Assembly: GCA_025594325.1 (NCBI GenBank)
Contig: JANHCV010000016.1
Location: forward strand, 186,001 to 250,000
DNA from: Blastocladiella emersonii ATCC 22665
Taxonomy: Eukaryota; Fungi; Blastocladiomycota
Direction of reading: 5' to 3'
DNA: 64,000 bases
This document shows, one piece after another, positions 53,701 to 64,000 of this stretch. Below the pieces are notes generated by a model that ran no database searches, had not been told where the DNA came from, and saw nothing but the letters and a program-made list of their open reading frames with translations. Position 1 is the stretch's first letter; every line of letters starts with the position of its first letter. The position numbers were made by a program, and so were the translations under genes.

Positions 53701-56700
53701 ATGGAAGACGATGCAAACCCGCGCCGCCGCGCGCGCACGCTGCTCGACGTCGACGACGACAGCGAGATGCTGGCCGTGTTCCGCGACGCGCCCGCGACGC
53801 CGCCGCCGCCTGCTCGTCCCCCGCGCGCGCCCGCCGCCACCCGCGAGGTCGTGTTCCTCGACTCGGACGACAGCGACAGCGACGACGAGGTCGTGGCCAC
53901 CTTTGCCTCCGCGTCCGCCTCCGCGTCCGCCCCCTCGGCGAGTGGGAGCAGCAGCAGGACCAGCGGCGGCGGCGGCGGCAGCGGGACGCCCGTCGACCTC
54001 AAGACATCCGCTTTCGACCGGCTGCTCGAGGTGTTCCCGGACATCAGCCCCGACTTTCTCGACACCTTCCTCGACGCGTACCTGGCCCCGGACGGCGGCC
54101 CCGTCCCCGTCACCCTCGACTACGTGCTCGAGGCCGCCACCGTCGGCCTGCTCGAGCGCAACGGCGGGTACCCGCGCGTCACGCTCAACGCGCGCAAGCG
54201 GAAGCGCGAGAACGACGAGTCGGGTGCGGCGGGCTCGTCGTCGGCCGCCGACGCCCTCACGTACGAGGCCGAGGAGGCCAAGCGCCAGCGCACCCGCAAG
54301 CTCCAGGCGCCGCCCGGCCCGGACCTCCGCAACATCATCATCAACTGGCCCGTCCCGGCCAACTACCCGGCTGCATGGTGCGTTCCTCGGTCCCGTTCAC
54401 GAACGCCGTCTCACCCGCATCTCCCGCGCGTGCATCTAGCAAACACTACCTCTCCTCAACCTTCCCGCGGATGCCCGTGACGCTGATCGACACGACGCTG
54501 CGGCGGCACGGGTCGCAGTACGTGCCGACGCTGCTCGCGCTCGAGGCCATGGTCAAGCAGGACCCGCTGCCGTACGTGCCGCTGCGCGGGATGCGCAAGT
54601 CGTGCCCGCACGTGGCGTGCGGGTACCAGAACGAGCCGACGCTCGCGCAGCACCTCGCGTGGCTGCAGGAGCAGCGCGCGTACGACGCCGAGTCGGCGCG
54701 CGTCCAGGCCCAGGAGGAGGCCGAGTTCAAGCGCGCCGAGGCCGCCGGCGAGCTGCTCGACTGCGGGTGCTGCTACGACTCGCAGATCGCCAACAACATG
54801 GTCGCGTGCGACGACGGACACACGTTCTGTCGCGACTGCGTCCGCCGCACGCTCGAGAACTTTTTGGGGCTGCGCAACTCGGGCGGGCTCAAGTGCATGG
54901 ACGTCGACGGGTGCACGTTCGGGTTCACGCGGTCCACGCTCGTCCGGTGCGTCCCCGAGAAGACCATGCTCGCGTGGGACAAGCTCGTCGCCGAGGACGC
55001 GCTTCGCGAGGCCCAGCTCGAGGGGTTCTACGAGTGTCCGCACTGCGACTACGGTACGCGTCTTCCCTCGTCTCCTGCCCTTGGCCGTCACTGACATCCT
55101 CCCTCTCTCGTCTCGCGTAGGCGTCGTGCTCGACGCCGAGGTGACCACCTTCACGTGCGACAACTGCGAGAAGCGGTCATGCGTCCAGTGCCGCAAGGAC
55201 CCGCACCCGCCTCTGTCGTGCGAGGACGCGGCCAAGCGCGAGTCGAACCTCGGCATCCAGCACAAGATCGAGGAGCAGATGACCGAGGCCCTGCTGCGCG
55301 AGTGCCCCAAGTGCAAGCGCCGCTTCTACAAGACCGAGGGGTGCAACAAGATGACGTGCCAGTGCGGCACCGGTACGCTTTCTTCTCTCCCCGCTACGGT
55401 CTCGCTCGCCGCGCGCTGACCTTTTTGAGTATTGTCTAGTCATGTGCTACGTGTGCCGCCAGGTCGTCCGCGACTACACCCACTTTGCCGGGCAGGGCGT
55501 CGACCCGGGCGCCAAGTGCCTGCTGCACGACGACACGGTCGCGCGCAACGCGGCCGAGGTCGCCGCTGCCGAAAAGGCCGCGCTCGAGGCCGCGCAAAAG
55601 GAGGGCATCCAGGTCGCCGCCGACGAGCTCAACATCGGCGGGCCCGCGGGCCGCACCGCCGCCAACAACAACCACCGCGGCGGCGGCGGCCGGGGACACG
55701 GCCGCGACTTGGCGGCCGAGCTGATGCGCCATGCCCTGGGGTACCAGGCGCTGGCCGAGCAGCGGGCCCAGGCGTTCCAGGTGCAGGCCGCGCAGCGGCG
55801 GCGCGAGGCGGCGCAGCAGCAGCAGGAGCTCGCGCATCGGTTGCAGGCCGAGCAGCAGCGGCTCATGGCGCGGCTCGAGGAACAGCGCCTGCAGCGCGAG
55901 CGCGCCCGCGACATGCAGGACCAGCAGGATCTCCTCGTCGCGCAGCGGTACCTCGAGCGCCAGCGCAGGAACCGCGACCAGGGCGTACCCGCTCCCGCTG
56001 CGCCTGCGCCTGCGCCTGCGCCGGCACCAGCGCCAGCAGCGGCGCCGCAGATGCCGCCACTGCCCCACTACCTCCGCAACCAGTTTGGCGCGGGTGCGGG
56101 CGCGGATGCGTACGAGCTGGGAAACCACCTCATGCAGATGTTCGGCGGCGGCGGCGCCTTCGACTTCAACGGCGGCCTCGCGCCCGCGCCTCGGCCGCCC
56201 GCCGCCGCCCCGCCGGCCCCGCGGAGGAGACTAGGCGAACGTGTTCGGTTCGTCGAATCGGACGACGACGATGACGATCACGATCACGACCACGATGATG
56301 ACGACGATGATGATGACGACGACGACGACGAGGTGGACTTCGACTTTGCCGCCCACCGGTTCATGCCGCAAGCTCGCCCCGCTGCGCGGCACACGTACGC
56401 CGCGCCGGCGCCCGCCGCCCCCCGTGTCCGCGTCCTCGCGCCGCAGGCACCCCCGCGCACCGTGCCCGTGCCCGCCCGCACCGTCCCCGGGCCGCCGGGG
56501 GTTCTCGCGCCGCAGCCCGACCGGCCCCGCCTCGGGACCGTGGTTGCAGCGGACCCGCAACCAGCGCCGCCGTCGCGAGCAAAGCGACGCGGCACCGTCG
56601 CGCCGTACCACCCGGCGCCGCAGCCGGCCCCGGCGCCGGTCCCGTTCGTCCCGCCGCCCGCGCCCCCGGTCAAGCGCGAGCCGGCGGCCGCGGGCGGCCC

Positions 56701-56977
56701 GCCCTCGCCGCCGCGCCGGCGCGTGCGGATTCGCAACCCCGTCGCCGCGGCGGCGGCGGCGGCGGCGGCGGCGGCTGGCCCCGCGCCCGTGCCCGCGACG
56801 CCGCGGACGGAGGCGGCGGTGCGCGCGCAGATCGTGGCGGCCGAGGGCGAGGTGACGCGGCAGATGCGGCGGCGCGCGTGGCAGGGCGCGACGCAGGCCA
56901 TCAACGACGCCGAGGCCGCGGCGCGCGAGGCCGTGGCGGAGCTGCGGAACGAGCTGCGCCAGGTGCGCCGGCGCTGA
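53701..56977 (+). CDS. RBR (RING-IBR-RING2) E3 ubiquitin ligase, RNF216/TRIAD3-like; four exons
   Basis: RING1 CGCCYD..C..GH.FC..C, IBR CP.C..|..C..C..C..H..C, and RING2 CPKC....KTEGCNKMTC.C|.MCYVC. N-terminal CUE-like FPDISP and a low-complexity C-terminus. Confidence 0.9.
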
Positions 56978-57043
56978 CTCGGCGTGCGTGCTGTACAACA
57001 TCTTTATAAACGTGTAATTTATCAAACCTCGTCCCTTCCCAAC

Positions 57044-57944
57044 CTACTCGGCCGCGGCCCCGGTGCCGCCAGTGTGCAGGTTCGAGTAGTCGAAGCACTC
57101 GGGGAGATGGCGGTGCTTGAAGTAGATTTCGACGCACTTGGCCTTCCGCTCGACGGCGTCCCACCGCGTCACGGCGTAGAGCGACCGCGGGCACCCGATC
57201 TTGTTGGTGTTCTTGGTCTGCCCCGCGCGGTACCGCGCCGCCGCCTTCTTGCCGCCGCCCAGGCAGCACTGCCACAGCCGCTCGCGCAGGACGGTCCCGC
57301 GCGACCCGGGCTTGAGCACCCACGCCTGCCACCGCTTGCCGTCAAAGTCCGGCCGGTCCTTGTCGACGCCGCACCCGGCCTGGTCGTACCGCGGGACGAA
57401 GCTACACCCCGGTGGTCAGCTCACGCTTCAGGTCACCCGCTACAGGGAGAACGTACTGGCACGGTTCATGCCCCAGAAGCTCCTTGATCTTAGCGTCGGC
57501 TTCCTCGGGCTCGACAAAGTACTTTGGGTCCGACTGCTTGCAGTTGCGGCACACGGTGTCGCCCGGCGCGTCGAACTCGGTCGGCGGGACCCGGTGCGCC
57601 GCCGTCGGCTGCCCGCGGCACACGCGCCAGTGCTGCCGCTGCAGCAGCATCGCCTTGAGCTGCTGCACCTTGGGCCGGAACGCCGGCGCGAGCGGGTAGC
57701 CTGCCGCCGAGGCGTTCTCGGTCGCGGCGGGTGTGGGCTGGGCGGCGACGGGCTCGGCGGAGGTGGCAAACGCCTGCTGAGGATGGCCTTGCGGCGCCTG
57801 CGGCGGCTGCAACATGCTCGGCGGGTACGAGTAGCCCTGGCCCTGCTGCTGGTGCTGCTGGTGGTGTTGTGGCGGGTACACGGCAAACGCGCCGCCGCTG
57901 CTCCCGGCGCCGGCCGTCGTCACGTCGATGTTCATGGCGTCCAT
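57044..57944 (-). CDS. Protein with a C-terminal WRKY/GCM1-fold (FAR1/AFT-like) zinc DNA-binding domain; two exons
   Basis: Q/P-rich N-terminus, then ...RLWQCCLGG..(x)..KIGCPRSL..(x)..VEIYFKHRH, a C..C..HxH pattern. One GTACGT...TGTAG intron. Confidence 0.5.
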
Positions 57945-58137
57945 TGCGAGCAGTCGGGTCCTAATTCATGCGTTGCGTTTATGTTCTAGTGGGGAGAGAG
58001 AGTGAGAGTGGGCGAAGCGAGGCCAGGTCGACGAGCCACGGCGTTTCAAGCACGGCACCGCCGTGGCGCCGCGCCTCTGACACCGAAGCACCCGACTTCC
58101 ATCACGCAAGTCATCACATCATGTCGCATATTCGAGC

Positions 58138-59622
58138 TCAGCGCCCGCCAAACTCCATGTTCACGAGCCCGACGTCCGCGAGCACCTTGAGCTTGCCCAT
58201 GAACCCGGGGCCCATGGTCCGCAGCAGCCTACACGGTTCGCCCTCATCGTCAGTCAGCCGTCCCATCCCGTCTCACCAACAGTACACGTACACTGGGATC
58301 CGCTCGGGATGATCACGCCCGAGCGCGAGGAACCGCTGCACGTCCGGGTCGGCGAGCACCTCGCGGACGCGCGGGTCGCGCTGGACGCGGTCGACGATGG
58401 CCTGCTCGTGCGCGGGGAGCGGGGCCGCGGGTGCAGGTGGCGCGATGCGGCGCGTCTGGACGGGCGTGATCTCGGGCGTTTTCGACTGCTGCTGCTGCTT
58501 GGCCGCGACCACGTCGTCGTCGTCGTCGCTGAGCTCCTCGATCTTGGGCCGCGCCGGCTGTTGTTGCTGCGGCGGCGGCGACTGCGTAGGTGCGGGCTTC
58601 TTCTTACCGTAGTTGTCGTCGTGCTTCTCGAGCTGCGCGCCCATGAGCCCCGTCGTCTGCTGCATGGCGGCCATAAACTGCTGGCTGCACGGATGGCCCG
58701 CGTACCGGCGCATGGCGGTGCGTGGGTCGGCCTGCATCTCGGCGAGGAACCGGCCGAACTCGGGGTCGTTGAAGGTCGCGCGCAGGTCTGCGTTGCGGTC
58801 GATTTCCGAGAACAGGTCGGGAGTCATGAAGGCTATACGGGCGGCCGTTAGTGGGGTTTAGGTGAAGAGATGAGGAGGGGTGGGAGTACCCTTGGGATCG
58901 ACGCCGCTCACGGCGCGCATCGCCTCCTGCACGTCGTCGAACACGAACCGGTCCGACGTGCCCGCGCCGGCGGCCGAGGCGGGTGCGGCCTTGATGTGCA
59001 GGACCGCGTCCTTCTTGGCCTTGGCTGGCGCAGGGCCCGCGTTGAGGAACCCGCGGCGCAGGCCCGCGACGCCGGGCTCGGCCTTCTTCTGCTGCACCGC
59101 CGGCTTGATCTCCTGCTTCTTCTCCTGCTCGACGGGCGTCGGCGCGGGTTGGTCGAGCACGATCAGCGGACTCTACCCACTCCCACGCGTCGCGCGCGTC
59201 AGCCCCGACCCACCCCATCCCCACATCAGCCAGCATCCGCACCTTGCCCTTCCCAACCTCACTCGTCAACGACGTCGAATCCACCGCCTTCCTGCGCCCC
59301 GCGGACTGCCGCGCCTCGGCCTCGCGCGCTGCGTGCTCGCGCTCCACGGCGCCCGCGAGCTGCTGCGTCACGCTGCGCCGAGCGCGGAGTTCGGCGGACG
59401 CGTCTTCGAGCGGCGGCGGGAGATCGTCATCTTCATCATCGGCGCTGGCGGGTGAGGGTGCGCGCGGGACGGCGGCGGTGGGTTTGGACTTGCCCGCAGC
59501 TGCCGCGGAGGGGCGTGTGCGGGACGGGTTCGCGGCGGCGGCGGCGGCGGCTACACCAAGCGGCTCGGTGAGCAGGTGCGGGTTGAGTGTGATGCATGGT
59601 GTGTGCGTGTACTTGATAGCAT
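58138..59622 (-). CDS. STI1/HOP DP-domain co-chaperone-like protein; about five exons
   Basis: Two STI1-like units (FNDPEFGRFLAEMQADP..AM; DPRVREVLADPDVQRFL) and a terminal KLKVLADVGLV. Exon model built from visible GT..AG sites. Confidence 0.6.
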
Positions 59623-59952
59623 GGTTCTTTTTCAGTGAGCGAGTGTGGGAAGGGAGAAGCGAGCGCGCCGATCCTCGCTCCTGAACGACGCGTCGTTGAA
59701 CGCGTGAGACGCGCCTCCACGTGGCGCCGCTGATCACCGACCTCCTCCTCTCCTCTCTCCTCTCTCCTCCCCCGAAACCACTAGTGGGAAGGAACGGCAA
59801 CGTGTATGAAACAAGTATCGCCGCCGCCGCCACCCGCGCCCCGGATGGGTAGCGAGCGCGGGCGAGCCGGCGGCAGCGAGTTGGGAAGGGTGGGTGGTGC
59901 AAGGAGTGCGATCAGGGTCAAAATTGTTGTTGGAGCAGGACACGAGCACAAC

Positions 59953-62664
59953 TCAGTAGCCGCCGGCGCGGGGCGGGAACCCGCCGCCGCGCTCCGGGAA
60001 CCCACCGGCACGGTCGGACCGGTCGGGCCCGAACGCGGGCGGGCCGCGCGGCTGGTACGACGACGACGGGGGCGCCGGGCCGCCGCCGCCGCCGTACTGC
60101 TGCTGTGACGGGTGGTGCTGCGGCGCGTATCCGCGGGGACCTCCGGGACCGCCGGGCGACGGCGGCGACTGGCGGCCGCCACCGTACGGTGGGCCGCCGT
60201 TGCCGTAGGGCGAACCGGCGCCGCCGTACCCGCCGTTGTTGCCGTACCCGCCGGGTGGGCCCGCCGGCGGACCACCGCCGTACTGGTGCTGCGGGTGTTG
60301 CTGCTGCGGGTACGCCGGGCGCGCCGTGTACATGGGCGACGCCGGCATCGGCGGGGGCGGGCCCTGGTGGTCGTTGCGGAACCCGATCTGGGCGCCGTTC
60401 ATGGACCGCTGCGGCGGGAAGTAGAGCGAGTCGGGGGACCGGGGTGCCGCGGGGGCGGGCGACGACGCCAAGTTGCCGTTGGCGAGCGGGACGAGGACGG
60501 GCCGGTTGTTGGGGGTTTCAACCATGCGGTGCGGGCCGAGGCCGAGGGCAGCCGCCGAACGCGTCGCCGTGGCGGGCGTGGACCGGAACCCGTGCTCCTT
60601 GTCGAGCTCGGCCTTCTCGAGCGGGCCGAGGCCCGGCGGGAGCCCGCCAATGACCTTGGGGCCCGCGGACCGGCGGCCGTGGCGGCGGATGCAGCAGAAC
60701 CCGACGCAGGTGAGGACGATGGCGCCGATGACACCGAACGCGATTGAGTACAGGCCGAACTGGCCCTGGGTGGTCTGCTGCGACTTGAGCGCCTTGTCGG
60801 CGAGGTCGCGGGTCGCCGGCGAGATGGGCGTGTGGGCGAACGGCTTGGCCTTGGACTCGGGGTCCGACGGCACCTCGCGGACCTGCGGCGTCGAGTAGGC
60901 GAGCAGCAGGTCCTTGGCCTGGGCGGGCGTCAGCTGCTTCCCGTCGTACTTGTCGAAGAGCTGCGCGATCATGCCGGAGATGAAGGGCGCGGCCTGCGAG
61001 GTGCCCTGCTTGACGGCGTACCCGCCCGACGTGATGTTCGAGTGGCCCCAGATGTTGGATCCGGGCGCGTAGGTCGTGATGCACCCGTAGTTGGAGAAGG
61101 TGGCGCGCGGGAAGAACTTGGGGATGGCCGGGTCGGCGATCTCGGACACGGCGCCGACGACGATGATGTCCTTGACCTCCTCGGCCATGGGTGTGCACTC
61201 GCCCGACTCGTCGTTGCCCGCGGCCAGCACGATCGGGATCTGCATCTTCTGCGTGTACTGGTTGAGCATGTTGATGAGCGCCTCGGACCGCGGGAACTTG
61301 CCCGTGTCCTTGTCCTTGCCCGGGCCCAGCGACATGTTGATGACGGCTGGCTTCTTGATGGTCTTGGACAGGTCGTCGAGCGCGTTGATGATGTCCTGGT
61401 TGTTGGCCTTCTCCGAGCACCCGATGACGCGGATCATGTGCACCTTGGCCTCCTTGGCCACGCCCACCGACTTGGACGCGACAATCGACGACACGTGGCT
61501 GCCGTGCCCGCTGCAGTCGGCGAACCCCTTGGTGTCGAGGTTGGGCGCCTGCCAGATGAGGTCGGCGCGGCCCTCGAAGTCGGGGTGGCGGAACTCGATG
61601 CCGCTACGGTTACGGTCGGGGTGGGAAAGGTGAGTGATCGGCGGCCGTGGGAGACGAGCGGTGTGGTGGCGCAGCAGGGGGCGACCTGCTCGATCGGGAA
61701 AGCGAAGCGCGAAGCGCGAAGCGTACCTGTCGATCACGTAGACGTGGGCCGTCTTGCCCGTGTACTCGAACGTGTAGTTCTTGTCCTTGAGGCCGTCGAT
61801 CACGTCGAGCCCCCACAGGTTGAGGTTGTCGTTGGTCGGGAGGCGGGCCATGGTCGGCTTGCCGGGCACGCCGCCCGCGTCGGCCATGGGCGACGACGAG
61901 CCGGCATTGGAAGACGAGGAGGAGGAGCCCGAGTTGGCCACGGCCACGGCGCCAGCGCCAGCAGCAGCGCCGCCCACGACGGCGGCTCCAACGGCCGCGC
62001 CGGTCGGGTTGCGCGAGGCCGATGAGCCAGCGCCGGCTGCGGGCGCGGGCGTCGCGGTCGCCGCGGGAGCAGCGCGCGGCGCCGCCGAGGAAGTCGCGCG
62101 AGCAGCGGCGGCCGACGAGGACGACGCGACGGCGGCGGGCGGCGGGCGCGAGACCTGGCGCACGTCGATCTGCATGTCCTCCTCAATGTACTTGACGCAC
62201 GGCAGGTGGTAGAGCTCGCAGACGGGCAGGTCCTGCGGGAAGTTGACGGCGTAGGCGTTGATGAGGTTGAACTTGCGCAGCACCTTGCCGTCGAGGGTGG
62301 CGAGCAGCGCGGGCAGCTGCGCCTCGACGTCGGGGAACGCGCACTTGTCGCCCTCGGCAAAGGCGATCAGGTGGTTGCGGCGCTGCGTGCGCACGCTGGC
62401 CGGCGCCGCGAACACGTTGAAGGACGGCGGGCACGCCCGCGGGTCCGTCGAGTCGCGCGCCAGCAGCGCGCGCTTCGCCAGCGCAGGACCCGTCACGTCC
62501 GGGTGGTCGTGCGTCGCCTTGGCCAGCAGCGCGTAGAAGGCGTCGAGGTCGCGCGCGGCGTCCGCTGGCGCGGGCGCCGTCGCGAGCAGGACCACGGCAA
62601 CGGCGGCGGCAGCCACGAGGGCGACGAGCGGCGATGAGGATGCGCGTGTAGAGTGTTGCTTCAT
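59953..62664 (-). CDS. Subtilisin-like S8 serine protease with I9 prodomain, C-terminal TM helix and Pro/Gly/Tyr-rich tail
   Basis: Signal peptide, I9-like prodomain (..VKYIEED), triad VYVID|SG (in-frame intron), GHGSHV and GTSQAAP, plus AAGN and TM YSIAFGVIGAIVLTCVGFCCI. Confidence 0.9.
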   Translation of the reverse strand: MKQHSTRASSSPLVALVAAAAVAVVLLATAPAPADAARDLDAFYALLAKATHDHPDVTGPALAKRALLARDSTDPRACPPSFNVFAAPASVRTQRRNHLIAFAEGDKCAFPDVEAQLPALLATLDGKVLRKFNLINAYAVNFPQDLPVCELYHLPCVKYIEEDMQIDVRQVSRPPPAAVASSSSAAAARATSSAAPRAAPAATATPAPAAGAGSSASRNPTGAAVGAAVVGGAAAGAGAVAVANSGSSSSSSNAGSSSPMADAGGVPGKPTMARLPTNDNLNLWGLDVIDGLKDKNYTFEYTGKTAHVYVIDRYASRFALRFPDRAGRPLLRHHTARLPRPPITHLSHPDRNRSGIEFRHPDFEGRADLIWQAPNLDTKGFADCSGHGSHVSSIVASKSVGVAKEAKVHMIRVIGCSEKANNQDIINALDDLSKTIKKPAVINMSLGPGKDKDTGKFPRSEALINMLNQYTQKMQIPIVLAAGNDESGECTPMAEEVKDIIVVGAVSEIADPAIPKFFPRATFSNYGCITTYAPGSNIWGHSNITSGGYAVKQGTSQAAPFISGMIAQLFDKYDGKQLTPAQAKDLLLAYSTPQVREVPSDPESKAKPFAHTPISPATRDLADKALKSQQTTQGQFGLYSIAFGVIGAIVLTCVGFCCIRRHGRRSAGPKVIGGLPPGLGPLEKAELDKEHGFRSTPATATRSAAALGLGPHRMVETPNNRPVLVPLANGNLASSPAPAAPRSPDSLYFPPQRSMNGAQIGFRNDHQGPPPPMPASPMYTARPAYPQQQHPQHQYGGGPPAGPPGGYGNNGGYGGAGSPYGNGGPPYGGGRQSPPSPGGPGGPRGYAPQHHPSQQQYGGGGGPAPPSSSYQPRGPPAFGPDRSDRAGGFPERGGGFPPRAGGY

Positions 62665-64000
62665 GGTAGAGCGTGGTTTCAGATGATTCGGTGGGAAGAT
62701 GGCGCGAGAGTGCGTGGGAAGAAGGTGGGCGGGCGATGGCGATGGCGAGGGGCGGGCGCGGGCCGCAGACGTCTATGGAGGTGTATCGGTATAGGTCTGG
62801 CGAACGGGATCTCTATGAGACACGGGCGGGTGTCTCGGAGCGCGGTCGGGGAGGTGTCGTCGTCGGGGCAGGGTGGTGGTGGTGGTGGTTCGAGGGCAGA
62901 GACACGAGGGGGACGATTTCAACAGCGCGCGCACGGCCAGCGTCCGGGCGTTGTCTCGGGAGAGCGAGGAGGGGTCTCAGCGACGACAGCTGGTGCGTGT
63001 GCGGACGGTTGGTCGCTCGCCGTCGCCTGCAGTGATGGTGGTGGGTTGCGAGTGCACCGAGTGCGCGATTCGGGGGGCGACGACGTCGACGGCGACAGCG
63101 CAGGTCCGGGAGGGCGAGTGCCGGCAGGAGCCGATGCACGAGGTCTCTATAGCGTAGCGCCGGCGTGGACGACTGAAGCGGGCTCAAGAGGCGCAGAAGC
63201 GGCGCTGAGGGAGGCGTCGAAGCCAAGTCGCCGTGGCCGCAGCCCCGACGCTCTGAAACGCAGTCGGCGCGCCAGGGACCGGACCCGCCGACTCGACTCT
63301 TTCCGCCTTCGCTCGCGCTTTGATTTCGTCCCAACGCCCGGCCGTACGACGCCATCGTTTCACGATGACCTTGGATCAGAGGACGTCGCCATCCAGATTG
63401 CTCTCGGCCGTGAGCGGGGACCACACCGTCCCCAGAGCCGCTGCAGGCGTGCCGGCGACGTGGAGCCTCGAGCGAAACCCTCGCTGCTGGCGCTCATCGA
63501 TGGCGCTGCGAGCGAGCACAGCAGCAGGGAGGGCCGACGCGAAGGCGGCGACGACCTGCATCACACACGTGAGGGGGGAAATAGCGGGCGACCAATCAAA
63601 CCGCGGCGATCCCTCAGCCACATGGCCCAAATCTCTGGTCCTTGAGCGGCGCCGCAGCTCGCCGACTTCTCGGCCTGCCCGCTTTCGTCCTCCTCGCCCA
63701 CTCTCGCACTCGTCTTCCCGCACCGACGCACACGACGAGACTTGCCGCACCGTGCTGCTGCTGCCTGGCCGACTCTCCGCGACCCTCCGACGCCCGGCCG
63801 CCGCTCCCTCCTGCCGCAACCTCCTCGTCCTCGGCTCGTGCGAGCAACAACCCCGCGAGACTTCCGACCATTGCCCTGCCCTGCAACCGCCCGTGTCCGT
63901 CGTTGACGACGTTGACGCTGCCGCCGCTGCCTCCCCGCCCGCCCGCTCTGCTGCTGGCCGGCGCCTCGCTCCTCCTCTCCTCAACCCCGCGAGCCCTCGA

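Noticed and set aside
56267-56330. GAT/GAC/CAC trinucleotide run as a repeat element
   Set aside because: It encodes the Asp/His-rich stretch inside the RBR ligase reading frame.

Overview
GC-rich eukaryotic DNA with short spliceosomal introns (GTACGC/GTGCGT donors, CTAAC/CTGAC branch sites, YAG acceptors). It is most like an early-diverging fungus, possibly Allomyces-like Blastocladiomycota (inference from gene set and style, not a database result). The right half (29.5-62.7 kb) is an ordinary gene-dense arm: Bmt5-like methyltransferase, BRCT-BRCT-SWIM ATP-dependent DNA ligase, DRS1, Exo5, Did2/CHMP1, an LRR protein, tricalbin, a Mgr3-like TPR protein, GPATCH1, an RBR E3 ligase, a WRKY/FAR1-fold protein, an STI1-domain protein and a membrane-anchored subtilisin. 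The left half holds an accessory zone (about 10.2-29.4 kb). Its centrepiece is a 12.3-kb, three-LTR composite (10491-22833): AAGGG|LTR|ACGAC-6.87 kb host cargo-ACGAC|LTR-gag-pol-LTR|AAGGG. The two 5-bp target-site duplications are nested. The cargo is circularly permuted: the C-terminal codons of a reticulon gene sit at the cargo start and rejoin in frame with its body at the cargo end. The apparent circle junction falls in a chimeric intron that could splice a CpG-hypermutated Hsp110 in frame to the reticulon. The simplest reading is that a host DNA circle was hit by a Ty3/Gypsy chromovirus and then inserted into the chromosome by LTR-LTR recombination. Next to it lie a decayed Plavaka/CMC-type DNA transposon with subterminal motif arrays and several pseudogenes. 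No rRNA, tRNA or CRISPR array was seen.
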